From a virus (lineage: Duplodnaviria; Caudoviricetes), in IMG/VR virus record IMGVR_UViG_3300037483_000964, positions 1 to 61,392 of that record: a stretch of DNA of 61,392 nucleotides. One strand, 5' to 3'. This document shows positions 16,273-25,888 of the stretch, piece by piece (the first letter of the stretch is position 1; every line of letters begins with the position of its first letter). The notes under the pieces are model-generated. The model did no database searches, was not told the origin of the DNA, and saw nothing but the letters and a program-made list of their open reading frames with translations. Position numbers and translations under genes: made by a program.

Positions 16273-18145
16273 AGCCGAGCAGGGAGTGCTGGGCCGGTTC
16301 CGTCCGGAGCCGGTGCTTTCGCGTCGCGACTGGGGGGAGCGCTACCGCCGGGTCGGGGAATCGGGCTCCTTGCCGCTCGACTTCTCCCGGACACCCTACC
16401 TCATCGAGATCCTCGACTCGCTGGACGACCCGCTGACCGAAGAAGTCTCCATCATGAAATGTACGCAGGCGGGCGCGACAGATGCCGTATTCCTGACGAT
16501 GGTTGGCTATCACATCGATCAGGACCCCTGCGCCATGATGATCATCCTGCCGTCGATCGAGGAAGCGCAGAAATGGTCGACCACAAAGCTCCAGCCGATG
16601 CTCGAGCGGGAGCCGCTCCTCGGGAAAGTCTCCGACCCCCGCTCCCGCGACGGGACGAACACGAAACAGGAGAAGGAGTTTCCCGGCGGCCGGCTCGGGC
16701 TCGTCGGCTCGAACTCGGGCCGCGGGTTCCGCATGGTGCCCGTCCGGATCGTCGGCGGCGATGACGTCGATGGCTGGGCTCCATCCGCAGGACCGGAAGG
16801 CGACCAGATCACGCTCGCCCGACGGCGCGCCGATCGCTCGCCTAACCGCCAGTATGTTTGGGTCTCCACGCCGACCGTGAAGGGCGCGTCCCGCATCGAG
16901 CGGCTCTACAACGCCATGGAGCGCCGCGGCCGCTACCACGTTCCCTGCCCGCACTGCGGCGAGTACCAGGTGCTCCGCTGGGGCTCGAAGGAGACCAATT
17001 ACGGGATCAAGTGGCTCCGGGGCGATCCCTCTACCGCCTTCTATCTCTGCGCAGTGAACGGCTGCGTTTTCTACGACCGCGACAAGCACGCCATTGTCCC
17101 GGAAGGGAAATACCTGACCGAAGACGGTGAGCCGGTCCGGGACGGCAAGGCTTCCAAGCTCGGCTTCTGGTTCAACGCCCTGACGATCCTGCTGCCGGGC
17201 GCCGAGTGGCCGAAGCTCGTCGAGGAATACCGGACCGCCCATCGTGACCCGGTCACGCTCCGCGCGTTCACGAACACGATTCTGGCGGAGACCTACGAGG
17301 AGAAGAACCGGGAGATCTCAACGCTGGGCCTTGAGAACCGCCGGGAAAACTGGCGGGAGCCCGCGAAGCCCGGCGACGCGGAGGTCGACGTGCCGCACGG
17401 CGTCGGGCTGTTGTCGCTGGCGGTCGACGTGCAGGAGACTTGGGTCGAGGCGGCGGTGTGGGGCTGGGGTGCCGACGAGCAATGCTGGCTCATCTACCAC
17501 GAGCGGATCCAGGGGGATCCGGAGGATGCGGAAACCTTCGGCCGCGTCGAGGCGATCCGGGTCCGAACCTGGCGGCACGCGAGCGGCCGCGACTTCTACA
17601 TCTGGCCGGCCGCCATCGACGCCCGCCACCTGCCGCACGAGGTCGTCTACCCCTACGTGCTGGGCAAAGAGGAGGCCGGCGTCTACGCCATGGTAGGGTA
17701 CGACCGCCGGGCCCGCCAGGTGCTCCAGCGGGCGGAGCGGCCGAACAAATATAGGGTCCGCCCCTGGACGGTTTCCGTCGATGCGTTCAAGGATGTGCTG
17801 TTCGCGCGGCTGGGCATCGCGAAGCCCGGGCCCGGCTACATCCACTTCCCCGCCCCATTCCCGATGGGCGCGGATGCGAACTTCCTGAAGCAGTTCGGCG
17901 CCGAGCGGCGGAAAACGGTCCTCGAGCGCGGCCGGGTCGTCCGCTGTTATGAGCAGCTCGAGCGACGGAATGAGGCGATCGATCTCTACTGCTTGGGCCT
18001 CGAGGCGCTCCACGCGCTGGGCCCGACCGTCATCGGTTCGCTGGCCGAACGGGCGACGGAATGGTCGAAGCCGCCGGAGAAGCCGGCGCCTGCGAAGGTG
18101 GAAGCGCCGGTAGCGCGGGGGGGATCGTGGGCGACCCGATTCTAG
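16229..18145 (+). CDS. Terminase large subunit (lambda gpA family)
   Basis: TPYLIEI, MKCTQAGAT, DDVDGW, STPT, YHVPCPHCG, AVDVQ, RNEAID. Confidence 0.95.
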   Translation: MAVLSLEAAEQHAAEAEQGVLGRFRPEPVLSRRDWGERYRRVGESGSLPLDFSRTPYLIEILDSLDDPLTEEVSIMKCTQAGATDAVFLTMVGYHIDQDPCAMMIILPSIEEAQKWSTTKLQPMLEREPLLGKVSDPRSRDGTNTKQEKEFPGGRLGLVGSNSGRGFRMVPVRIVGGDDVDGWAPSAGPEGDQITLARRRADRSPNRQYVWVSTPTVKGASRIERLYNAMERRGRYHVPCPHCGEYQVLRWGSKETNYGIKWLRGDPSTAFYLCAVNGCVFYDRDKHAIVPEGKYLTEDGEPVRDGKASKLGFWFNALTILLPGAEWPKLVEEYRTAHRDPVTLRAFTNTILAETYEEKNREISTLGLENRRENWREPAKPGDAEVDVPHGVGLLSLAVDVQETWVEAAVWGWGADEQCWLIYHERIQGDPEDAETFGRVEAIRVRTWRHASGRDFYIWPAAIDARHLPHEVVYPYVLGKEEAGVYAMVGYDRRARQVLQRAERPNKYRVRPWTVSVDAFKDVLFARLGIAKPGPGYIHFPAPFPMGADANFLKQFGAERRKTVLERGRVVRCYEQLERRNEAIDLYCLGLEALHALGPTVIGSLAERATEWSKPPEKPAPAKVEAPVARGGSWATRF

Positions 18146-18154
18146 GCTGGCACC

Positions 18155-18442
18155 ATGGCCGCTGATCTCTTCCGCGTAGAGGTCCGCTGCGAGCAGTGTC
18201 ACCGAATGGTGCGCGCGGACTTCTCGCGTGTGGAAGCGGAGCGGTTCGCGGAGGAGCATCCGCGAAGGGTGATCTTGGTCCTGGAATGCGGGTCAGAAGT
18301 CCGCCGTGGCGTGCGGTGCCATACCCGGGTCGCGATCCTCGCGAGTGCCTTCCGTCGCGCGCGCCGCGCGGAGGCGCGGGACGGGGGCGGCGACGGCGCG
18401 TTCATGGCCCGGACCCTTGACCTGTGGCGCCGAAAGTCGTAG
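18155..18442 (+). CDS. Small Zn-binding hypothetical protein
   Basis: VRCEQC and later Cys residues. Confidence 0.5.
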   Translation: MAADLFRVEVRCEQCHRMVRADFSRVEAERFAEEHPRRVILVLECGSEVRRGVRCHTRVAILASAFRRARRAEARDGGGDGAFMARTLDLWRRKS

Positions 18443-18513
18443 CATGAAACCGACATAGCGGAGCGGGCCGCTAACCTGCCCTGGCACATCGGGCGGGTAG
18501 AAACACAGGCAAT

Positions 18514-18560
18514 GCCCCCGACCACCGAAGACACGCGCTTCGGGGTCGGGGGCTTTTTCT
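18514..18560 (+). terminator. Rho-independent terminator
   Basis: GCCCCCGACC...GGTCGGGGGC stem followed by TTTTTCT. Confidence 0.75.
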
Positions 18561-18576
18561 ATTTGGGGGAGGTCGG

Positions 18577-19146
18577 TTGCCGCACGACGTCATACCGACG
18601 ACGGAGCCGGAGAACCTGCTGGCCGGGGATTCCTGGCAGTGGGACAAGTACCTCTCCGACCACCGCCCCGATGACGGCTGGGTCCTCACCTACTACCTGC
18701 GCCGGGGCGAGGACGCCGCCATCGAGATCGAGGCTGCCGATGCGACGGACCATCACGAAGTCCGGGAGCTCGGCAGCACAACGAGCGCATACCCGCCGGG
18801 CCTCTACCGCCTGATCGGCCGGGTCGAGCTCGTCTCCGGCGACATCTTCACGGTCTACGACCGCTTCGTCGTCGTCGAGCCGGATCCCGTCGTTGCCACC
18901 GGCTCCTTTGCCGAGCAGATGGTCACGGCGCTCAAGGCGGAGCTGCTGGCCCTGACAACGGCCGGCGGCGCGTCCGCGGGCACTGTGCGGCGGTGGCGCC
19001 AGGGGGACCGGGAGGAAGAGCGCGTCGCGAGCCAGGACCGGGACAGCATCCTCCGCCATCTCGGCTACTGGATGGAGCAAGTCCGCCAGGAGCGCGGGCA
19101 GTCCGCAGTCGTCTCCGTGAAGGCGACCTTTGGCCGTGTTTCGTAG
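18577..19146 (+). CDS. Head-tail joining/adaptor protein (gpW-like)
   Basis: TTG start after GGGGGAGG; AGDSWQW..GWVLTYYL; lies between terminase and portal. Confidence 0.65.
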   Translation: MPHDVIPTTEPENLLAGDSWQWDKYLSDHRPDDGWVLTYYLRRGEDAAIEIEAADATDHHEVRELGSTTSAYPPGLYRLIGRVELVSGDIFTVYDRFVVVEPDPVVATGSFAEQMVTALKAELLALTTAGGASAGTVRRWRQGDREEERVASQDRDSILRHLGYWMEQVRQERGQSAVVSVKATFGRVS

Positions 19147-19423
19147 GATCGTCGCCGGCTGGGCCAGGAACCGGCCCTACACGCTGCCGAAGCAGCGGGT
19201 GGCGCGGCTCCGCGCCTTCGTCGCCGAGTGGTATTCCGCGGCGCTCGCGGCGGGCGGATGGGCCTGTCTCACGGCTGGCATTGCCGCACTCACTTCCCCG
19301 CTCGCCTGGCTGTTCTCCGCAGGGCTGCTCCTGCTGCTGCTCGTCGGACTCCGCCCGCTCGGCGTCGTGTTCGTCGAGGGCCTGGACTCGCTCTCCGGCC
19401 GGAAGCCGAAGCCCGATGCGTAA
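19130..19423 (+). CDS. Small membrane protein
   Basis: Two hydrophobic segments; typical position just before the portal gene. Confidence 0.55.
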   Translation: MAVFRRIVAGWARNRPYTLPKQRVARLRAFVAEWYSAALAAGGWACLTAGIAALTSPLAWLFSAGLLLLLLVGLRPLGVVFVEGLDSLSGRKPKPDA

Positions 19424-21029
19424 CCCCTTCCGCGTTGCGGCGCTCGACTCCGGCTTCGTCTCCGATGGTGGTGGCTCGTCCGCGTACATGGGCGCCATCG
19501 CGAACCGGCTCACTGCCGACTGGGCGTTCGCGGCCATCGAGTCCGCCGACCAGGAGATTCGGGGCGGGATCCGGACGCTCCGGGCTCGGGCCCGGGAACT
19601 CCACCGCAACAACGAGCTCGCGGCTTCCTACGTGCAGCTCATTGAGGACCAGGAGATCGGGCACGAGGGGATCCGGCTGCAGGCGTACGTGAAGCGTCCC
19701 GGCGGACTCCTCGACATGGGCATCAACGAGCGCATCGAGGAAGCCTGGGCCGAGTGGTGCGAGAAGCAGAACTGCACGGTCGATGGCCGCCTGCCTTTCG
19801 CCGAGGTCCTCGCCCTGCTTGCTGGCAACCGTGCGATCGACGGCGAATACCTGGTGCGGATGCTGCCGACGATGGAGAACCGGTTCGGCTTCGCGCTCCA
19901 GATTTTCGACCCGGACCAACTCGATGTCGAGTACAACCGTGAGCCGGGCAACGGCAAGAACGAGATCCGGATGGGCGTCGAGATCGACGCGTTCCGGCGG
20001 CCGGTCGCCTACTGGGTCTGGGATCACCACCCGTCCGAATACGGAGTCCGTGGTCAGCGCCAGGTCCGGATCCCGGCCGATCAGATTCTCCACAATTTCC
20101 GGGCCGGTCCCCGCGTCAATGCGACGCGCGGCGTGACCTGGTTCCACCCGGCGTTGTACAAGCTCAAGATGCTGGCCGGCTACGAGGAGGGCGAGGTCGT
20201 CGGGATGCGGCTCACGGCGACCGCCGGCGGCTTCTTCCAGACCGTACCGGAAGCGGTCCGCGATACGAACGCGCCGAAGACGGATCAGGACTTCAACTTC
20301 AGCGCCGAGCCCGGTGCCTATCCGAAACTCCCGCCCGGCTGGACCTACATCGAACGCGACCCGAAGCACCCGACGGACGCCTACAACGAGTTTCACAAGG
20401 CGATGATTCGCGGCATCTGCGCGGGCCTCGGTGTCACCTACACGTCGGTCACGCACGATCTCTCTGACGTGAATTACGGCTCGATGCGGGGCGGGTTGCT
20501 CGGCGAGCGTGACATGTGGCGCCGCTGGCAGTGGATCGACATCCGGCACTTCTGTCAGCCCGTCTATCGCAACTGGTTCCGCTACGCCGAGCTCACGGGC
20601 GCGCTCAAGCTCCCCGACCGGAACCGCGCCCGCTGGAGCCGTCACCGCTGGCAGCCGCGCGGGTGGCCGTGGATCGACCCGCTGAAGGATGTGCAGGCGG
20701 CGGCGCTCGAGGTGCGGCTCGGTGTGAACAGCCTGACCCGGATCTGCGCCGAGCGGGGGCTCGACTTCGAGGAAGTGCTCTCGGACCGGGCCATGGAGAT
20801 CGGGCTCGCCCGGGAGCTGGGCGTCGACATTTCGACCGAAATATCGAAGTCGGCGACGGAGACGACCCCGGAGCGCGAACCGGAAGAGCCTGAGCCTGAT
20901 GCGCGCTGGCGGTGGCAGGACGAAGAGGATGACGAGGCGCCGCTGCTCCGGCGCGAATCGCGGCTGTTCGCGCGGATCCTCGCCCGACGGGAGCTCGCCG
21001 CGCTGAACGGAAACGGGGGGACGCCATGA
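19416..21029 (+). CDS. Portal protein (lambda gpB family)
   Basis: LRARARELHRNN, IRMGVEIDAFRRPVAYW, DLSDVNYGSMR, WPWIDPLKDVQA. Confidence 0.95.
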   Translation: MRNPFRVAALDSGFVSDGGGSSAYMGAIANRLTADWAFAAIESADQEIRGGIRTLRARARELHRNNELAASYVQLIEDQEIGHEGIRLQAYVKRPGGLLDMGINERIEEAWAEWCEKQNCTVDGRLPFAEVLALLAGNRAIDGEYLVRMLPTMENRFGFALQIFDPDQLDVEYNREPGNGKNEIRMGVEIDAFRRPVAYWVWDHHPSEYGVRGQRQVRIPADQILHNFRAGPRVNATRGVTWFHPALYKLKMLAGYEEGEVVGMRLTATAGGFFQTVPEAVRDTNAPKTDQDFNFSAEPGAYPKLPPGWTYIERDPKHPTDAYNEFHKAMIRGICAGLGVTYTSVTHDLSDVNYGSMRGGLLGERDMWRRWQWIDIRHFCQPVYRNWFRYAELTGALKLPDRNRARWSRHRWQPRGWPWIDPLKDVQAAALEVRLGVNSLTRICAERGLDFEEVLSDRAMEIGLARELGVDISTEISKSATETTPEREPEEPEPDARWRWQDEEDDEAPLLRRESRLFARILARRELAALNGNGGTP

Positions 21030-23662
21030 CGGAGAGTCGCCGCATCCTGAACGCGTTCGGGTCGGCCGCCTGGGCGATGGAAGAATCGAAGCTCGAGGCG
21101 ATCTGCGCGTTCCTGGAGTTCCGCGCCAAGGGCGGCCAGCTCTCACGCGAGGAAGTGAAGGCGGTGACCGCTGCCCGCGCCGGCCAGATCAAAGCCGGTG
21201 GCGGTGTCGTCGTAATCCCGATCGTCGGCGTGATCACGCAGCGCGCAAACCTGCTGTCGGAGTACTCGGGCGGCACGTCCACGGAAAAGCTCGCCGCGCA
21301 GATCGACCAGGCGCTCGCGTCGCCAGATATCAGTGCCATCGTCTTCGACATCGACAGCCCGGGCGGCGACGTCTCGGGAGTCCCGGAGATCGCGGCCAAG
21401 ATCTACGCCGCGCGGGGGAAGAAACGAACCATCGCCGTCGTCAATTCTGCGATGCACTCAGCCGCCTACTGGATCGGCTCGGCGGCGGAAGAGATCGCGA
21501 TCACGCCCTCCGGCATGGCGGGCTCGATCGGTGTGCTCTGGGTCCACACCGAGTACTCCGAGATGGAAGCGGCGCTCGGCATCAAGACCACGATCCTCCG
21601 AGCGGGCAAGTACAAGGCCGAAGGCAATCCCGTCGAGCCACTCTCCGACGGCGCCCGCGACCGGATGCAGGCCATCGTCGACGACTACTACGAGGACTTC
21701 GTCGCCGCGGTCGCCCGTCACCGCGGCACCACGGCGGAAGCGGTCCGGACGGGCTACGCGCAGGGCTCGATCCTCACGGCGAAGCGGGCCGTCGCAGAGG
21801 GCCTTGCCGACCGGGTCGCGACGCTTGAGGCCGTGCTCGCCGAGCTTGGCATCCAGCCCGCCACGCTCTCAATGGCCCGCGCGAAGGCGGCCGAAGAGCT
21901 GGCGCGCGAGATGGCCGCCGCCGCCGCGGCGTCGGATACCGGACACGCGATCGCGGTCTCCGTCGAGCTGGCGGGCGAAGAGGCATGCGCAGCTGCTGCG
22001 TGTCGCATGGCGCCGCTCGCCGTCCCCGCCGTGGCGCTCATGCCCGTCGCCGAGCATCACGAAATGCCGGATCCGCCGATGGAGCCGGACATGCCACCGG
22101 ACGGCGAAGACCACGACGAGGACGAGGACGAAGAGGAAACGGCCGCGGGAGATCCCGTGCCGGAGGACGACACGGCCGATGCGGTTCATGGGGGCGACCG
22201 CCCGGCAACTGCTGTGCCCTCAAACACCGACGCGGCCCAAGCCGCAAGGGAGGCAAGGATGGCCGTTGACACGGCTGCGGTCCCGGGTGGGGCCGATTCG
22301 GGCGTGCTGGTCGCGGAGCGCGACCGGGTGCGCGGCATCATGGCGCTCGCGAAGGATCCCAAGTGGAATGTCTCGCCCGAACGCGCGGAGGCCTGGATCG
22401 CGAACGGGGTGTCCGAAGCGGAGGCCTCCCGCGAAATCCTGCGAGAGCAGACGAACGCGTGGGGCAAGCCGATCGGCGCACCGGCGCCGGCCGAAGTGCT
22501 CGACTGGGCCCACGAGGACCAGCAGCGCTTCTCCATCGTGCGTGCGATCAACGCGGCGGCCGACAACGACTGGTCGAACGCCAAGTTCGAGCGGGACGTC
22601 ATGGCCGAGACGCAGAAGAAGCTCGGCTACCAGTCCAGGGTCGGGAGCAATGGCCCGGGCGGCGGGAAGATCCGCGGCAATTCCATCATCATCCCGACGG
22701 CGCTGTCCGCGCTGCCGGCGGAGTACGTGGAGCGGGCCCGGGCGACCGCGCGGGAGATGGGCAGGCCGTTCGAAATGCCGCGGCCCCGCGGCGCGCTCAC
22801 CTCGGCCGGCGCGACGGCCGGCGCCGAGCTCGTGTTCACGGAGCCCGGATCGTTCATCGAGATGCTCCGCAACCGGATGGTGACGACCCAGATGGGCGCC
22901 ACTTTCCTGCCGGGCCTTCAGGGCAACGTCGACTTCCCGCGCCAGACCGCGGCGGGGACGTTCAGCTGGAGGGCGGAGAACCCGGGCACCAACGTGTCGT
23001 TGACGGACCTGACGACCGGGTCCGTGGAGCTCCGGCCGAACGACGGCACGTCCGCGACGTCCTACTCGCGGCGACTGCTCGCGCAGTCGGTGATCAACGT
23101 CGAGATGCTGGTCCGCGATGACCTGACCTCGATCGCCGCCATCGGGCTGGACCTGGCGGCGTTGCACGGCGCGGGCGGCAGCGAGCCGACCGGGCTGTAC
23201 TCGCAGTCGGGCGTGAACACGGTGGCCTTCAACGGCGTCGTGACGTACCCGAAGATCGTCGAGATGGAGACGGACATCGTCGCGAGCAACGCGGACCTCT
23301 GGCGGATGGGCTACGTGACCACGCCCGAGATCCGGGGTGCCGCGAAGACCACGCAGAAGTTCGCCAGCACGAACGGCGACCCCATCTGGACGGGGAGCGT
23401 GCTGGAAGGCGACATGAACGGCTACCGGTCGATGGCCTCCAACCAGGCCAGCAAGACGCTCGGCTCGGGCGCCGAACACGCGATCTTCTTCGGCGCGTGG
23501 CAGCATCTGCTCGTCGGTGAGTGGGGCGCGATGGAGCTGATCGTGGACCCGTACACGCTGGCGCGGCAGGGGCTCATCATCGTCGTGATCTTCCTGATCG
23601 CGGACATCGCGGTGCGCTACCCGGCGGCGTTCTGTGTCGGGACGAACCTGCAGCTGACGTAA
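21026..23662 (+). CDS. Fused S49 prohead protease - acidic linker - HK97-fold major capsid protein
   Basis: DIDSPGGDV, SAAYWIGS, GSIGV (S49); capsid part with FSIVRAINA, GNVDFPRQT, ELIVDPYT; in-frame internal ATG at 22259 with AGGGAGG. Confidence 0.9.
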   Translation: MTESRRILNAFGSAAWAMEESKLEAICAFLEFRAKGGQLSREEVKAVTAARAGQIKAGGGVVVIPIVGVITQRANLLSEYSGGTSTEKLAAQIDQALASPDISAIVFDIDSPGGDVSGVPEIAAKIYAARGKKRTIAVVNSAMHSAAYWIGSAAEEIAITPSGMAGSIGVLWVHTEYSEMEAALGIKTTILRAGKYKAEGNPVEPLSDGARDRMQAIVDDYYEDFVAAVARHRGTTAEAVRTGYAQGSILTAKRAVAEGLADRVATLEAVLAELGIQPATLSMARAKAAEELAREMAAAAAASDTGHAIAVSVELAGEEACAAAACRMAPLAVPAVALMPVAEHHEMPDPPMEPDMPPDGEDHDEDEDEEETAAGDPVPEDDTADAVHGGDRPATAVPSNTDAAQAAREARMAVDTAAVPGGADSGVLVAERDRVRGIMALAKDPKWNVSPERAEAWIANGVSEAEASREILREQTNAWGKPIGAPAPAEVLDWAHEDQQRFSIVRAINAAADNDWSNAKFERDVMAETQKKLGYQSRVGSNGPGGGKIRGNSIIIPTALSALPAEYVERARATAREMGRPFEMPRPRGALTSAGATAGAELVFTEPGSFIEMLRNRMVTTQMGATFLPGLQGNVDFPRQTAAGTFSWRAENPGTNVSLTDLTTGSVELRPNDGTSATSYSRRLLAQSVINVEMLVRDDLTSIAAIGLDLAALHGAGGSEPTGLYSQSGVNTVAFNGVVTYPKIVEMETDIVASNADLWRMGYVTTPEIRGAAKTTQKFASTNGDPIWTGSVLEGDMNGYRSMASNQASKTLGSGAEHAIFFGAWQHLLVGEWGAMELIVDPYTLARQGLIIVVIFLIADIAVRYPAAFCVGTNLQLT

Positions 23663-23711
23663 GCAGGCGGGCAGTGGTGGCGGGGGCGGGGGCGGGCCGG
23701 GCCCGGTCAGC

Positions 23712-24113
23712 ATGACGGGCCCGGTCCGGGGGTCGAAAGAGACGGACCAACACGGAGCTGAAGCCGTGACCATCACGAGCGTACCGAACAAGGACCCCGA
23801 CGAGGTAATCGGCTACTTCACCCGGGGCATCATCTTCAAGGGCGTCGCCTACGGTCCTGACCATGCGGACGTGCCCGTGATCATGCGCCGGGTCGAGGCC
23901 AAGGAGTACGTCCAGCGGGGCGTATTCAAGGAGGTCGCTCTGCCGGATATCCCGGTGACGCGCCTGCCGCCGCCCGTTCCCATCGATGACATCGCCGATC
24001 CGGTACTCGCTGATCCGGGCACCATCCGGATCATCGCGGCCTTACCGCCGCCCGTGGAGACACCGGCGCCCAAGCGGCGCGGGCGGCCGCGGGAGCACCC
24101 GAAGGAGGGATAG
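23712..24113 (+). CDS. Hypothetical virion-module protein
   Basis: Follows the capsid gene; ends with a KRRGRPR AT-hook-like motif. Confidence 0.55.
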   Translation: MTGPVRGSKETDQHGAEAVTITSVPNKDPDEVIGYFTRGIIFKGVAYGPDHADVPVIMRRVEAKEYVQRGVFKEVALPDIPVTRLPPPVPIDDIADPVLADPGTIRIIAALPPPVETPAPKRRGRPREHPKEG

Positions 24114-24479
24114 TTGACCCTCCGTGCCGCTCCGCTCCGCGTGTCGATCTTCCGCCCCGCTGCGGGCGGGAAGTCCGGCTATGCGGAGTACTTGGGGGAT
24201 TACGGGTCAACGCCGCTCTACACGGATGAGCGGTTCGACCTCCAGCCGATCGCGGGCATGGTGGATGATGAGATGCACGGGCGAAAGCCGGATTCCCGCT
24301 GGCGCGGGTTCGGCGAACAGCCCGACCTCAAGCAGGGCGACGGCGTCTACGTGATCTCGGATACGCGGTCCCGCCTGACGGCGCGGCGCTTCCTCGTGAC
24401 GCAGGACCATGCGTGGGACGAGGACCTGGGCGACTGGCAGGGCGTGCTGGTCGAATCCGGGGAGAGCTTCGGACCATGA
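24114..24479 (+). CDS. Putative head-closure protein
   Basis: Size and synteny; RBS AAGGAGGG. Confidence 0.5.
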   Translation: MTLRAAPLRVSIFRPAAGGKSGYAEYLGDYGSTPLYTDERFDLQPIAGMVDDEMHGRKPDSRWRGFGEQPDLKQGDGVYVISDTRSRLTARRFLVTQDHAWDEDLGDWQGVLVESGESFGP

Positions 24480-24943
24480 ACGCGAACCCATCCGGAGGCG
24501 ACCTCGTGCTCGCGTTCGTCGATCGGCTGATTGCCGATTCGACGTTTGCCGCGGCTGTCGGCGTGGATGCCGACTCGACCGTGAAGTTGACGCACCGGTG
24601 GCCGGTCCGCCTGCTGGAGAAGCCGACCGAGGATGCGCTGCCGCTCGTCGTCTACACGATCACGGCGACGCTGCCCCGGACGACGACTCAGCCGCCCCGG
24701 GTCCTGATCGCGACGGACATCTTCGAGTGGCCGATCGACGCGGATTCCGCGGCGACCCGGGGCCTGGCGAAGCTGTTTGCCATCGACGACGCGATGCTCA
24801 CCCTGCTCTTCCCCGATGAGACAGCGTCGAGTTGGTACGACGCGGCGCGGGACCTGGACGTGTCGTGCATCTCCACGGAATCGACCGACCCGCCCTCGTC
24901 GATTCTCCGGCGCCGCCGGCTCTGGGAAATGGCGGAAGCATGA
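24476..24943 (+). CDS. Putative tail terminator/completion protein
   Basis: LPLVVYT motif; synteny. Confidence 0.5.
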   Translation: MNANPSGGDLVLAFVDRLIADSTFAAAVGVDADSTVKLTHRWPVRLLEKPTEDALPLVVYTITATLPRTTTQPPRVLIATDIFEWPIDADSAATRGLAKLFAIDDAMLTLLFPDETASSWYDAARDLDVSCISTESTDPPSSILRRRRLWEMAEA

Positions 24944-25341
24944 AGCGTTTTTTCCGCGGCTTGTTCGATGGCGGCCCCACGCGGACGCCCGGGACCGTGA
25001 TCCCCCGGCGGCGGAACCGGATCGTCGAGCTTGATGACAACGACCATGGCGCGTTCGCGACGATGGCCCAGGAGAGCGAACGGCTGTCGGGCCGGCCGCT
25101 CTACGTGGAGGTCGCGTTCGAGATCACGTTCGACCCAGTGAACCCGCCCCCGCGAGTGGATGACCTGGGCTCGCTCCAGGTGAAGATGCCCGGCTACCGG
25201 CACTGGTTCGAGGTCGGCGTTTTCACCCGCGAGCGCTGGCAGCCGGGCGGCGCCAAGCTCCCCGATCCCGCGGAGCTCGAAGCGATCCGCGCGAAGTACG
25301 GTGCCGTGGGCGCGCGCACCGTCGAACGATTCACGACCTGA
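24940..25341 (+). CDS. Hypothetical protein
   Basis: ATGA coupling. Confidence 0.55.
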   Translation: MKRFFRGLFDGGPTRTPGTVIPRRRNRIVELDDNDHGAFATMAQESERLSGRPLYVEVAFEITFDPVNPPPRVDDLGSLQVKMPGYRHWFEVGVFTRERWQPGGAKLPDPAELEAIRAKYGAVGARTVERFTT

Positions 25342-25356
25342 CAGGAGGGTGCAACC

Positions 25357-25878
25357 ATGGCCGCAACCAACGCGTACACGCGCGGGCATTCGGAGTTCGG
25401 GCACATCGCGGCGGGCCCGGTCGACGTCCCGTGGGGCGAGGCCGGTGAGGAAGCCGTACAGGTTCAGATCGCGGTCCAGAACGTGGAGCTCCACGGCGCC
25501 GGCTCGAAGTCGGCGTTCGACGTGGGGATCACGCGGGCGGACCTCGACCTGGTCGTGAACGGGATCGATGGCTCGCTCACGAACATCCACCGGTTCCTGG
25601 GCCTCGCCGCCGCCGACATCACGGGCTCCCTGCCGGCGACCGACGAGGTGCTCTCCATCAATGCGGAGAACATCGGCGAGGAAGTCCGCGAGGTCTACAG
25701 CCTCGGTGCCGGTGCGCTCTCGCTGGTCCGCCGGATCGAGGTGCCGTCGGCCAAGCCGTTCAATCTCGGGCCGCTCGCCCAGACGAAGACGGGCTGGATG
25801 ATCCCGTCGGTGACGTTCCGGTGCCTGAACCCGGGCGACGACATCGTCATGACGATCCGGGACATGTCCTCGTCCTGA
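25357..25878 (+). CDS. Putative major tail tube protein
   Basis: Strong RBS AGGAGGG; 173 aa, beta-rich; upstream of the tape measure gene. Confidence 0.6.
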   Translation: MAATNAYTRGHSEFGHIAAGPVDVPWGEAGEEAVQVQIAVQNVELHGAGSKSAFDVGITRADLDLVVNGIDGSLTNIHRFLGLAAADITGSLPATDEVLSINAENIGEEVREVYSLGAGALSLVRRIEVPSAKPFNLGPLAQTKTGWMIPSVTFRCLNPGDDIVMTIRDMSSS

Positions 25879-25888
25879 CCGGGGCGAG

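Noticed and set aside
23663-23710. G-rich tract after the capsid gene as a third array
   Set aside because: Short, no sustained GGY-NN phase and no linker motif
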